Shown here piece by piece: positions 13,000 to 26,639 of a stretch of DNA of 64,000 bases. The stretch comes from Negaprion brevirostris (Eukaryota). Each line of letters begins with the position of its first letter. The first letter of the stretch is position 1. The notes below the pieces were generated by a model. That model saw nothing but the letters and a program-made list of their open reading frames with translations. It did not search any database and had not been told where the DNA came from. The stretch spans positions 43,418,064-43,482,063 of the forward strand of contig JARDVH010000143.1 in assembly GCA_030324005.1 (NCBI GenBank). The letters run 5' to 3'. A program made the translations under genes and the position numbers.

Positions 13000-15267
13000 T
13001 GCACAATTTTTATTTAAAATCTTTATTTAAAACCATCTCTTCAAATATGCAAAGGCTCAGACCTCCATTTGTCACCACTCTCAACTAATACCTAGTATTT
13101 TATACATCTTTTAAAAAATAAGCATTTAGTCACCACCACTTTCTTTTGATTCAGTATTTTGGGAAGTCCAAATGGCTTTTCTCCTAAGAGGGCTATAGAT
13201 CAGATTAGCGTATAAATCTTTAAGATGTATTTTACTACAGCATTCATCTTCATTAACAGCTGCCCTCATCCTCAGGCGGCAGATGGTCACACCAGTTTGA
13301 TGCAGTGTTCCAGAAATACCACTAGTGCTCCCTTCAATTTGATGTTCCTCAGTACATCCTCAGTGCTTTTGGTCAAGACATTACAAGGTAGAGAATGAGA
13401 CCCCAATCATCAGCATTAGCATTGGATAGAATCAAATCAAAAAGAACCTCAGGATCAGTAATTAATCTTAAAACTGCAGAAAGCATTTCACCTTTATTTT
13501 CTGTTCACATTCTTACCTCAGCCTACTTGGTTCTAGAACCATGGCCATCCCTGTTCTAACTGCCTCACATCACCTCCCGTGTTTTATGTTCAATGCCATA
13601 TTGCGCCAAGGCAAATAGGAATTTAAAAGTGTTTAGAAATATTATGAACAAACTTTGCTTAGTTCCAGAATGAAAAATTTTGCAAGTATGAGAAATTGTG
13701 TACTGTGCTTTCAACTTTGGGAACTACAGGATCAAATGTCTAACTTATATACACCTTAGGTGGGTTTTTCTTTAAGGACAAAAACATTGGGCTTTCTAAA
13801 TACCAAGGAATACAATGTACTCTACTATTAGCTTGCCATGCAGTCAGATTTTGGTGTTTTCCTATTATTTAACAAATTCCACCTCACTAGGTTTCTCCCA
13901 GACACCACAACATTTTTGCAAAGATGGCTTGTTCCTAGGTCTCAGCAGCTGCAGCAACCTGGGTGATTAACTTTCTTCCTTTGTTTTCCTGTGAGGGAAC
14001 CTGTATTTTCACTTTGTACCATTTATGCTCTAAATTGGATTAGGAACGCACAATGTGGGGAATTCCAAGCACAAACATGCCCTACTAGTCCTTGAGGCAG
14101 AAAACGTCTGAACCAAAACCGCAGTACAGTGTGCTCATCTAATGTATTATGAACTGGCATCTGCAACAGATACAATATCACACAATTCTGGTTTATTACT
14201 AAGCATCAATGGAATTACTGGCAAAGTACCATTTGCAGGTGAATATCACTGCTTAGCCAGCCCAATGACACAAACTAGCTCCAAAATAGCACATTATAAG
14301 GGTGGCAGTTCTAAGACAATATTAAAAATAGTATTGCTAGTGTCGGGAAGGGAACATTTGCTACGAATACATAGAACCACTGGCAAAAAAATGCCAACTT
14401 TTAGGAAAAATATATTTGAAAACAGGAGAGACTTTCTTTTAGGTTAAACAACGTAGTTGAATGGATGGTTTTGGATATCTAACAAACTCATATTGGATGT
14501 AGGAGACATCAGTTGTTTCAGCACATATAAATGAGTAATTGACATGTGATTTTGGATGCTTTGGTGAACATGAAATCATCCATTTAACAGATCATCCACA
14601 CATAGCAAAACCCATTAGTGCACAATGTTTACAATCAACTGGAGTCTGGAATAAAACATCCCCAACAAATTGAAAGCTTGCCATTTTTGTTGGCATCAAC
14701 TGTAATTGAGAATGTGACTTCTAAAATTAGACACAAGCTTGATTAGAGACTTTTCAGTGTTAATTTAATAAACTTCATTTGTACAGTTTGGAAAAGTCTC
14801 CAATTGATTGTGCTGTCATAGACTGCTCCCATTCTATGTTGAGTTACACTCATCTTGCACCCAATCCTACTCCACTCATGCACTCTCCATGTGGTACTCC
14901 GCAGGTTACAGAACAAACTCTCACTCGCACAGGAAAAATTCCAACAATTAAGATGCTTTGAACAAACGAATACAAAATAATTTTTTTTTTACCTTTTGCT
15001 TAAACTACAGTCGCTCAGTAGGCAAAATAATTTGAACATGGCTTTGTGTTTAACTACATAATTATTCTGACAATGTCATCTAAAAAATCCATTGTTTTTT
15101 TAAACAATTACAGCACTCTTTAATTTAGCATTCACACATGCATACATTGTTTTGAAACAACCAGCCATCATTTTTCAGTGTTGGGTCAAAAGGGGGGTAG
15201 GGCCATAGCAAAATTGCAGAGTGACACCAAGACCCACAGAGGCTGCTGGACAATGGCAATACCCGTT
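13000..15267 (-). other. ILRUN: Probable ILRUN 3'UTR (may extend to about 11800)
   Basis: Follows the stop codon; AU-rich with no recognisable TE from about 11804 to 15267, unlike the introns; the end is inferred only from poly(A) hexamers. Confidence 0.55.
13009..13027 (-). terminator. Candidate tandem polyadenylation signals (AATAAA x2)
   Basis: Plus-strand tttatt at 13009-13014 and 13022-13027, about 2.25 kb after the ILRUN stop; such hexamers are common in AT-rich DNA. Confidence 0.35.
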
Positions 15268-15303
15268 TTAAGACTGACCAAAAGGATAAGGGCCATGGAA
15301 ACC
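15268..15303 (-). CDS. ILRUN: ILRUN terminal coding exon 5 (GFHGPYPFGQS*)
   Basis: Strong polypyrimidine acceptor ctcttctttttttttcttttcag|GGT TTC CAT GGC CCT TAT CCT TTT GGT CAG TCT TAA; phase 0 matches the exon 4 donor; resembles the ILRUN C-terminus I recall (GLHGPYPFGQS). Missed by the ORF track. Confidence 0.93.
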   Translation of the reverse strand, partial: GFHGPYPFGQS

Positions 15304-17940
15304 CTGAAAAGAAAAAAAAGAAGAGTGAAAATGTTTTCCTTAGCAACAGAAGCAGAATTTCATGGGAGTAGTGTGCTACTAACGATTTCCACTTAAAGTA
15401 GGGCTGTAACGAAGCCTCAAATATTGACACGACTTTACACATTAGTTTGAAAACAAAATATCTACCAAGCTCTTTATTTCCACTTCCATTTCTGCCCTTG
15501 TTGTTCTTTCATTCTCCCTCTTTCTCCCTCCATTGCTCCAACTCCATTCACAATTCAACAGAAGACAGAAGAAGCCAACTGAAAATGCTGAAATCTCAGC
15601 TAGGTGGCTTCAGTTCAAGTCTCAGGTTCGAGTGACCTGACATTTTCTTCTAGGGCCAATTTTGGCAGGCTTAGTCGCATGACCTGAGTGGTATGGAATA
15701 TTCTTCCATTGTCTGCTGAGAATCCTAATGAACAACATCTGGGTAGAAGATAAATGATTTCATTGTCCAAAATAGTCTCAATAATCTTAATCATTAATTC
15801 AAAAGCCGATGCACAAAAATGATTTGAAAGGCTTCGTTACCGCTCTAACCTAGAACAATTACTGCTTATCCATGCAACCTTTTACAACCCATTCAAGTCA
15901 ACAAAGTATGGTTCTGAATGATATAACAAAAGTCAACCACTTTATATCCATCATCACAACAGGAAGTTAGAACAGTCTTGTAGGCTGAAAGGAAAATAAA
16001 TATAAAGGGAGTTGCAGGCAAGCAATACAGTGACACAAGCTTGTTGGAGCTCCAAAGCACTACAAGCCAGAGAGATGTTGCCGTAAAGTGAAGCTTGATT
16101 CTTAACTGTGCCATTATGAACAGTAGGCCCTCATTTCCTCTCAGAGTGAGTCAAAACAAATATCAAGGGTGTCAAATGACTTGTGCCACTTTGACATGTC
16201 ATCTGGCAAGCAACTGTCTAGCATGATTGAAGAAGGCCAGCAAGGCAGTCCACAATCCACCCCCCAGGAAATGTAAAAGACTTTAAAAAGGATTGGGGAG
16301 GATAGAAGAGGGGCGTGTAAAAGAGGAAAAACAATTATCAACTTCCAGGTTAAATGAGAAACTGAACTCAACCATTCTCTCTGGACCAGGAAAAAAAAAC
16401 TAATGGTGTTACACCAGCAACAAGAAGTAGAACTTTTCTGGCCCAAATTCACATTCCTAAACACGTCTTAAAAGCATTCTTGACAACATTTACTGCTCAA
16501 TGCCAAATAATAAACACACACTAGCAACTCAAAGACACTTTATCCCTTTAAAAGATACTTTATATTTACTATGAAGGAAATATGGCTGGCAGAGATACAA
16601 GGCAGCAACTTAGGAGTTACTCTGAAAACTTCTGAAGCTTCACTCACAGGTTTATGACAATAGAAACCCTCTGTTTGATTTCAGCCTTGTATCTTGCTGC
16701 CAGTCATCCATCACCCCATAGAACTGAGGCCATTCCAATTTCCTATTGGGATGTGGTGGCATTTGTGTAATCAACATTTCTCTGTGGCATTCTGTAAAGT
16801 CAAGCACACACAAAATTATGATTCAAAGACACAAAGAAAAAATTAAAGATTCTATTAAAATGTCACCTTAAAAAATTCACAGAAATGACTGCTGGACTAG
16901 GAATTTCAAAATCCAACAGCCAGATTCAAAGTATTTTATTTTATACAGCTGAGCTTCTCAGTGACTTACTAAATTTAATTGTATTCATAGCTCCTACAGC
17001 TAAAGCCATCAGCCACACACTGCAAATTACCCAGGTATATTAATCCTTTTCCAAACTCAACTACAAAAGAATCTGATGTTTGAGCTATGAATGACTTGAC
17101 TATTACCATGACACTGGTATTTTATGTTGAGTTTGAAGACAAGGGATGGAGAAAGTCAATAATCCATTCAGAACTGAATAATGGCGAACATCCTTCGAAG
17201 TTAAATATTTGATACAGAATTATAATCTTCATTGCCTAACTGAAAGAAGTCCTCAAAATCGAATAATGGGAGTCCCATCTTACCCACGATCAAGTGTCTT
17301 TGGAGGCCTCCATCTCCTCAAAAACTCAAAAATGCTGTTGCCTCCCATCACCACAGAATATATGCTTCATGTCACATATTCTGAAAACAGAAGGAAAAGC
17401 AGCAATATTGAGCTGCAATGCCCCACAGTGTGCAACAAGCACAACAATAAGCTTACCATTCCTTCAGCTTCATCAGAATGCTTTCACAGACTACAGTTAT
17501 ATAGAAGCACAGAGAGAAGTATTCAATAAATGGTGCTCTCAAGATAGCTACTGTTAAACGCTCTAATTATCTCACATCCTTTTAGCAAAGCAATTCATTA
17601 CGTGTCATGGTTTTACCCTACCAATGCATACAAACTCTCCAAAAAGCAGACAACTGAATTGGTTCCACATAGAAAAAAAAATTCAGGCAATTCTAGCTTT
17701 ATGACATTATTCCTGAAGATGGCACTGTTCACAAAATGCACTTAACAAAAGAATTGCTTGCAACTGTTCACCTAATCAAACAATTCTTAATCAACGTCAT
17801 CATAGATAACTTCAAGAACTACAAGTTATTATAGATCTTTGCACCTTGCAATATATATCATTGATCTGTTTCTCTCTTCAACAACATCACAATTTTGGTA
17901 TTATTTGTGAAGATCAAACACTAACATGTCCAATTCTTTG

Positions 17941-18028
17941 TGATGTGGATGTGCCGGCGTTGGACTGGGGTAAACACAGTAAAAAGTCTGACAACACCAC
18001 GTTTTAGTCCAACCGATTTATTTGATAA
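17941..18028 (-). mobile_element. Penelope-like pLTR terminus running into a gap
   Basis: tgatgtggatgtgccggcgttggactggggtaaacacagtaaaaagtctgacaacacc is near-identical to 54741-54810. Confidence 0.7.
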
Positions 18029-19239
18029 NNNNNNNNNNNNNNNNNNNNNNNNNNNNNNNNNNNNNNNNNNNNNNNNNNNNNNNNNNNNNNNNNNNNNNNN
18101 NNNNNNNNNNNNNNNNNNNNNNNNNNNNNNNNNNNNNNNNNNNNNNNNNNNNNNNNNNNNNNNNNNNNNNNNNNNNNNNNNNNNNNNNNNNNNNNNNNNN
18201 NNNNNNNNNNNNNNNNNNNNNNNNNNNNNNNNNNNNNNNNNNNNNNNNNNNNNNNNNNNNNNNNNNNNNNNNNNNNNNNNNNNNNNNNNNNNNNNNNNNN
18301 NNNNNNNNNNNNNNNNNNNNNNNNNNNNNNNNNNNNNNNCAAGGAATTCAAGGAAGGCCACCCTTGCTCCATACATCATGGCTCCACTGGTTTGGCGATT
18401 ATAGGTACATGTGCAAAGACAAAGAAAACTGCAGCGAGTGCGTGAAACAGAATCTGCGAGGAACTTTTGCTCCAATCACAGGTTCTATTTCTCCCAAGCT
18501 GTTGCTCCATCTCCCCCAAAGATAGGCTCCCTCTCTCTCAGTCTTGCTGCTTTTCCAGATACAGAACCTATGATGGGTGGGAATTAGGGAACCAGATATT
18601 GGAGAAGCTGGAGCAATCATCTTGACCCACTCAATTCAGACATTCTGCACTCTCCAGGGCCACTATGACCAGTTCAGGTTGAACTTTTGACATCATCTGG
18701 AAACAGGACACAGTCCAGGAAATAAAAAAAAGAAAGAAAGGGGATGGGGGCAACCCTAAAAGCCAGAAAGGAAGCCAGGGAAAGCTCTTGGTCACACCAA
18801 GAATATGGGCAGCAGCCAAGGAGACAGACCATTACATCTTAATTTTGTGTGGTGATGGTAGGAGGGGACTGGAACAGAAATAATAAGAGAACCATGCATG
18901 TTAATTGTATCTTCTACTAGTTTACCTGAACTGCTTATGCTGATGTGTTTCTTTGTAAATAGTTGGAATTTTAGAAGAAACTGATTCTCATTTATTAATG
19001 GAAATTGGGAATTATTTTCATGCAATAAACATATTGGGTTATAACAGTAACTTTCATTTTAATCAAAAATGCTATTAGACTATGTGTTTTCTTTGGTCTT
19101 ATTGAATCACTATTGAGCAAGCCATGTGGCCCCAGCTGCCAATTATAATGGTCATAGTTGACACAAGGAATGGCCGCTTTAGATGAAGTATGACAATGTG
19201 ACTGCATCCATATGAACTGGAACAACCAGATGAGCAATA

Positions 19240-22020
19240 GCAGTGCACACAAATTCACAGAATGTTTTTGGGATAGTTTCTTAGAATTGCACATTCTGAA
19301 ACCAACCAGGGAGCAGGTTATATTAGACTGGTATTGTGCAACAAGATAGGATTAATTAATGACCTGATAATGAAGTGCCCTTTGGTTGCAATGATCATGA
19401 TAAATGATTTTACTTTCAGTTTGAGAGAGCGCAGAGTGTGAATCCAAGATTAGTATTTTAAACTTAAACAACAGCAACTACAATGGTAGGAAAGCAGAGG
19501 TATCTGAAGTGAACTGACAGTTTAGGTCAAGGCCAATTGAGATGTAGTGACAGACATTTAGAGGGATATTTAACAATAAATAGAATATATACATTCCAGT
19601 GAGGAAGAAAAATTCCTAGGGGAGGATCAATCGTCTGGGGTTACTTAAAAAGTTAAATATAGCATCAAACTTAAAAAACATATAATTGCACAAAGACGGA
19701 TGGCAAGACAGAAGATTGGAGGAATATAAAATATTAATAAGGAGGGAAAATTAGAATACAAGGACAAAGTTAGCTCGAAATATAGAGACAGATACAAGTT
19801 TCTACAGATCTTTAAAAGAAAAGATAAAAGCAAGCTCTGGCCCTATAGAAAGTGCATCTGAGGGTTTGGAATGAAAAGTAGGGCCTATGGCAAATAAATT
19901 AAACTGGTACTTTGCATCTTCACTAACGGAAATTAGTAACATCCCAGAATAGCTGTAAATCTTCCTAAAACTTCATTACATTCTGCATTCTCTCGTTTCC
20001 TTCTCTATGAACAGTATGTTTTGTCTGTATAGCACACAAGAAACAATACTTTTCACTGTACATTAACATGTGACAATAATATATCAGGAAATGGATGAGA
20101 AGGAGGAACGCAGAAAATTACAATCAACAGGGAAGTGGTATTGAGTAAATTGCTGGATCTGCGGACTGATATGTGCCCTAGTCCAGATGGACTACACCCT
20201 AAGTTCTTAAAAGAAGTAGCGAATGAAGTAGTCAATGCATTGGTTTTAATTTTCCAAAATTCTCTACCTTTGGGGACTGGAAAATAGTAAATGTAATCTT
20301 ATTCAAAAATGGAGGGAGACAGAAAACAGGAAAGTTGTCAGTTAGCCTAACATCTGTTATAGAAAAGATGTTGGGAGCTATTATTAAAGATGTTATTATA
20401 GCAGAGCACCTGGAAATTCAAGGCAAGCAGGCAAAGTCAAAGGTTTTGTGAAAGGGAAATCATGCATAACCAATTTATTGGAGTTCTTTGAAAGAGAAAG
20501 TGCATCAGGGAGAGAATAGTGGAAAGAAAGAGATGGCAGATGAAGTGAATAGTTATTTGGCATTGGTCTTCACAAATAACATCCCAGAAATAGCTGTATA
20601 TCAGGAACTAGAAGGAAGGCAGAAGCTGAAGAAGATTACTATCATAGGGAAGCAATTCTTAAATTGTTGGGATGGTGGCTCCGAATGGATTTTACCCAAG
20701 GTCGGAAAAGAAGTGGCTAGCGAGATAATGGATGTGTTGGTTTTAATTTTCTAAAATTCATTAGACTTAGAGAAAAATAATGTAACTCTTATTTTAAAAA
20801 GGTGGGAGATAAAAAGCAGGAAACTATAGGCCAGATAGCTTAACATCTTTCATTGGGAAATTGTTACAAACTATTATCAAAGACCTTATAATAGGGTACT
20901 TAAATAAATGCAGGGTAATCAGGCCGCGTCAACATGGTTTTGTGAAAAAGAAATAGTGTTTAACCAAATTATTCGACTTCTCTGAAGAAATAACCAGTGG
21001 TGTGTTTAAAGGGGAACTGACAGATTTTCAGAAGGGATTTGAGATGGTATCTTTTCAAAGGTTATTGCAGAAAATAAAAACAAATGGTGTAGGGAAGTAA
21101 CATATTGACATGGATAGAATATTGGTCAGCTAACAGAACACAGTGGGCATAAATGGGTAACTTTCTGGTTGAGTGGTGTGCCACAATCGATCAGTGCTGA
21201 GTTTACAATTTTTATAAATGGTTTGAATAAAGCGACTGCTAAGTTTGCTGATGGCACAAGTTGTAAACAGGATACAAGGTGGNNNNNNNNNNNNNNNNNN
21301 NNNNNNNNNNNNNNNNNNNNNNNNNNNNNNNNNNNNNNNNNNNNNNNNNNNNNNNNNNNNNNNNNNNNNNNNNNNNNNNNNNNNNNNNNNNNNNNNNNNN
21401 NNNNNNNNNNNNNNNNNNNNNNNNNNNNNNNNNNNNNNNNNNNNNNNNNNNNNNNNNNNNNNNNNNNNNNNNNNNNNNNNNNNNNNNNNNNNNNNNNNNN
21501 NNNNNNNNNNNNNNNNNNNNNNNNNNNNNNNNNNNNNNNNNNNNNNNNNNNNNNNNNNNNNNNNNNNNNNNNNNNNNNNNNNNNNNNNNNNNNNNNNNNN
21601 NNNNNNNNNNNNNNNNNNNNNNNNNNNNNNNNNNNNNNNNNNNNNNNNNNNNNNNNNNNNNNNNNNNNNNNNNNNNNNNNNNNNNNNNNNNNNNNNNNNN
21701 NNNNNNNNNNNNNNNNNNNNNNNNNNNNNNNNNNNNNNNNNNNNNNNNNNNNNNNNNNNNNNNNNNNNNNNNNNNNNNNNNNNNNNNNNNNNNNNNNNNN
21801 NNNNNNNNNNNNNNNNNNNNNNNCACTTTGGAATTCTCTTCCTCAAAAGGTGGTTGAGGCAGAATCCTTGAATGTCTTTAAGGCAGAGCTAGATAGATGC
21901 TTGATGAGCAATGGGGTGAAAGGTTCGCAGAGGTAGGCAGGAATGTGAAGTCCAAGTGAAAATCAGACGAGCCATGATCTTATTGCGACTCAAGGGGCCA
22001 AGTGGCCTGCTCTTAATTCC
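19240..22020 (+). mobile_element. Large decayed CR1 LINE (end of endonuclease, RT, 3' tail) with an internal duplication and a nested Rex-type tail
   Basis: gaaaccaaccagggagcaggttatattagactgg (EPTREQ.ILD), caacatggttttgtgaaa (QHGFVK), SGVPQ, KFAD, LWNSLPQKVVEAESLNVFKAELDR and the 3' tail gccatgatcttattg. Confidence 0.88.
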
Positions 22021-23439
22021 TACGTCCATGAAATTGTGGTTCAGTGGCAGGCAACTCCTTTAGAAAGGGGGGAAGCATCAACAAAGTTACAAAAATTCCA
22101 TTGCAAAACATATGCCCATCAAAACTGGTCAAACTAAGAGCTAGAAGCACTGAGAAACCCTTCCCCTTCTACAGCAGAAAAGGAAAAAGAGAGGAACAAG
22201 AAAAGACAAGAATTTAAAATGGAGTGAATGTACAGAGCTCACTTAAAATTACAGGCCAAGATTGCAATTAGCTTTATTCATGTTTGCTGACAGAAGTATA
22301 GGGCACAATTATAGTCAAAATGTTAGAAGCCAATCCTAGAATGTCTTGTACTTTTCAAAAATCTGATAAGAGAAAACAAATTTGCTTAATATGATCCAAA
22401 ACAAATTAAAACAAAACTTAAAAAGGGATAATTATAAAATGAGGAAAGGAGTAAGTACTTTCCTAGCATCCTCGTACTGGATCAGGTTTATGTACGCAAT
22501 AAACTATACTTAATTCAACAACAAAAATAAGGCCAGATTTTTGGATTAGGTTCTTTTTCTTCAAAAGTTCAGAAAATAATTGAATATATTTTCTGCATTA
22601 AGAGGAAAAAAGCATTTACCTTTCATGTACTCAATACATGTATACCACAAATAACGGCTTTTTGAAGTATAATTACTATCATGTAGGCTATCACAGCAGT
22701 TAATTTACTCACAACAATGTTCCACAGACACCGTGAATAAATAATCAGATAACCCATTCTGGGTGTCACTGGTTGACAAAGAAACATTGGCCAGGACACT
22801 GGAACACTGCACAATTTTCTTAGTTCTACCGTGGCAAAAAATACATTTGAAATAATGAGTTGTGGCTCACGGGCACCTCCAAGGCTCGCTGGACCTTTAT
22901 CAATATATCAATAGGTATGCCTGAGATTAATCAACAGCCAAAATATATTTGCTTTAACCTTCTTTCCTCAGATGACTTTGTAGGAATCAAGAGTTTTATT
23001 TCTTCCCAATTTCCTATCAGAAGGGTATCCCATCAGAAAATTAGACACGGCTTAAACAAACCAGATATAAAAAAGCAATACTTTCTGTTCTTAAGCCCCA
23101 TCACTGTATTACAGCAAGAAGACACCAGCAGTGTTAAATTTACATTCTAGGAATTCCAACATATTTCAGCGACATTGCCCGCTGTGCATTCTTGGAGTTG
23201 TGAACAATTAAAGGGATATGTAATGATGTATGCTGGGAGTTTGCTACTTGCATGAATTACGTCACTGAGGCACTTGGGAGATAGTGCAGAACTCAAGACC
23301 AAACCTTCTGGGGGGAAAGACAAATACATACCCAACTCAAAACAGGACTGTGATTACGCTACAGATCTTATTTTCAGTAAAATGCCTTCTGACAACATGG
23401 CATAGCGGACAATTGGGACTCAAAATGTAATAAGTTGAA

Positions 23440-23700
23440 GCCCTCCATTCGAGGGTTTGAACAGCCAAACTAGGCTGATACTTCAGTAGTATTGCATTAT
23501 CAGAAGTGCCTAAATGAGATGTCAGATTGAGGTCCTATCTGTTCAGGTACAAAAGGTTCTCAGATACAATTCAAAGAAAGCTGGGATTTCCTTGTAACCT
23601 GGCCAATTCAACCAATTTAGACTAATTGGTCACCTCTCTTATCTATGACATTTGGCATCTTGCTGCAAGCCAAGTGGATGTTTCAAACAGCAAACACAAA
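23440..23700 (+). mobile_element. DeuSINE (SacSINE/AmnSINE-like) remnant
   Basis: taggctgatacttcagtagtattgcattatcagaagtgcc...gagatgtcagattgaggtcctatctg...cctggccaat resembles the Deu domain; recognised from memory. Confidence 0.5.
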
Positions 23701-26639
23701 ATGGTGAAAGTCTTTTCATTAATGACAAACTAATAGTTCTGCGTGTCGCAAAAAACTTGAAGAACTGTTTATTATAAAATAATTCCATTAGAAGCTTTAG
23801 AAATTTGATACATCTTATGAAAAAGGTATGAAGTTTTGTGGGGGCCTGAATTTGTTGAAACTCAGAAGCTACAAGTTGGAACACAGGAATCTGATCTTTA
23901 AGCTTTGAACCCAAGAGCAATGACTCACCCTGTAAACAAGTCTTTTACCACCAAGCCATAGGCCAGGAACCTTCTGGCTTCAATTCCTATTCTGTAGTTT
24001 GGCTCTCCAGAAATCAGCTGATCCAAGGGAACAGACAGGATTTAGCATTCCTGGACGTATTTTTGGATGGGTGGTGGGCAGCATGGGGACAGGACAAAGG
24101 GAAGAAAAATATTGATCACCCTGTTTTCTCATTCTTGGTTGCTCTCCAAGTACCTCATTGGCAAATATAGCCATATAAATATAGTAGATTTGTATTTAGC
24201 CATGGTGCATTCCTCCCATCACCGACACCAGGCTATACAGCCTGAATAATCTAGGTTTATATACAAAAATTGGCGCACATAATTCAGTCACTGAATTATA
24301 TTCCCACACACGACCTATTTGCCAGACAAGAGGAGAAAAGTTGCATCTTTCTTTTCAAGTGAATTCGCAACAAGTACTTTGCAATTTTATCTCGTCAGAA
24401 GGAAAACATTTCCAGCTTTGAAACGAATGTTATTACATTAGTTTCACAGCACACCTGGCATATCAAAGCAATGATAGAAATCACTGCTCAAGGCTTTTCA
24501 TTCACTGAAAGCCCTAATTTACCAATGATTAAAAATTCCAAGAAAAATAAAAATAAACTTATTTATTTCCCTTTTACAAACTTAAAGGTGACAGAAGTTT
24601 TAGTTAATTATCCCAAAAGATTAGGACTAGATTTTTCTGTCAAAATATCAGTGAGGCTACTAGTGCTCATCGTTCTTTGTGTGTTAATGTTATAGCAACT
24701 CCAAAGCTTAAGGAGAAGCATTATTATATGCTAATATCTACAAGAGTTCAAGTTGTGTTGTTGTGCCATTAGTTTTCGAAATGAATTGCTGTCTGCCCTA
24801 CCACTGGCATGCAATAAATATCATGAAGTCGCTGCAGTTATGTGGTACATACACACGAAACTCACCTCAGAGTCTCAATTTCAAAAGCAAGCACTCTGAA
24901 CAATTAATAGTTAATAAACTACTGTCAATCAACTGATCTGACATAGAAAATTAAGTATTACAAGTGCAGTCTCATTCCTTAATTGTCGCTCAAGATTTCC
25001 TTTGTCATTTTCTGTCGAACCTTACTTCCCTTACTTTTTCTTTCTGTACAAGTCAACAAATAATTCTTCAGTCTTTTTAGTTTACCTTTCAATCTAACTG
25101 GTTAAGGAGCTCCACAGTTAGTTGCCCTGTTCATTCTGATACCAGATGCTGTTAACAACTTAGCAATTTAATCACTTCTTTACAAGCTGAAAGGTGCAGA
25201 GAGGTGTCTAACACCAGACACAAAGCATCCAGCTCTAGGCAAATATGGCCAATTAATTTGTGAAGTACTGGAGATTTGAACATATCTATGTGCTCACTAC
25301 CTAGGACAAACATTCCACAGCAGGTGAAGCACAAATCAAATGCAACGAATGGTCGTGACCAACATTAGCCAATAATGCACCTTAATTCTAACCTTAGAAA
25401 AACTCTCCTACAGTATTCCTCCTTAGCTGTCAGCTTCAGGGTTCTAGATGCCTGTAGCTAGTGATAATATTTGAAGTATAGAGAATTTTTGCGTAATGGA
25501 TAAGTTCCCACTAAGAACTGAATGAAAACTCTCCAGCATATTTATTTTCCTTTACATCGAGGATTAAAAACAAAACTATGTTCAACATTAAGAAGAAGAT
25601 TTGGAATTTTTCTTACCCTAAATTCTGACAATTTGCAATGATAATAACTTCAACAGAGGTAAGTCCCAAAACACTGCACAGTAGCATAATCAGCGAAAAA
25701 CTGATATTAAGGATGAGATACTCAGAGGGAAATTACAAACTTGGTCAAACAAATAGGTCTCAAGAAACCACAAGGAGATACTAAATTGGCAGAGAGGTTT
25801 ATGGACAGAATTTTATAGCTTCGCCCGTGGATGGCTTATAGTAAGCCCGTCAATAATAGGGTGAACAAGTGGAAGTTACAAAGAAGTGTCAAGACAGAAG
25901 TGCAAAGTTCTGAGCCCAAAGCTGCAAATAGTTTAGCTAAGCTCTGTTAGTGGCTTATGAAAGGTTAATAGCATGCAAATTGGGTTTATGCTGAGTTATG
26001 GGAAGGTGACATTTGAAAACCATGGTTTAGACTTCCCAATGTTTAACAAAAGGAAATGTGATTCATCCATTTCGAACTGTGTGCAGTGTATTTTTGGCTA
26101 TTTTCCATCTACTGACACTGCAACACCACAGAGTGCTTCCCATACTGTCTAACCCTGAAACTGCAGGGGAAGTAGCCAATATGTGATTAAAAATATAACA
26201 GCACAGTTGCCATTCAGAATCTTGTCTGAGTGGAAATCTAGGCATTTATCTCCATCAAATTTACTGAGGGTGCCTCCCCCACAGCGTGTACAAAAGCCTA
26301 AAATCACCCTTTGTAACAGTGGACTGACCTCTAATCATATGTTGCATATTCAACAAATAAATAACAAACATTGGTGAGCTTTGGAGACTAACTTGGGTTC
26401 ACTGTACATCCCCCTAATCTCCAAATCTGGCTCAATTTCAAAAGAATAAATTTGCATGCGCCTTCCATTCTTAAACTACTTTAGTAACTTCTACTGTATC
26501 ATTTGTTGTAACAAAAATATTGGGACAAATCTTTACATGAAGAATTTTCTCTTAGTTTTTAACTTGTGGCACCATTTTGATGGCTTCACCATCTTCTTTG
26601 CAGATGCACAAGCAGATAAGACTTTTAAATCAGTCTCAG

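Noticed and set aside
15183-15207. tatggccctaccccccttttgaccc (minus strand) resembling exon 5 catggcccttatccttttggtc
   Set aside because: Short, gapped similarity with no supporting acceptor; not distinguishable from chance.
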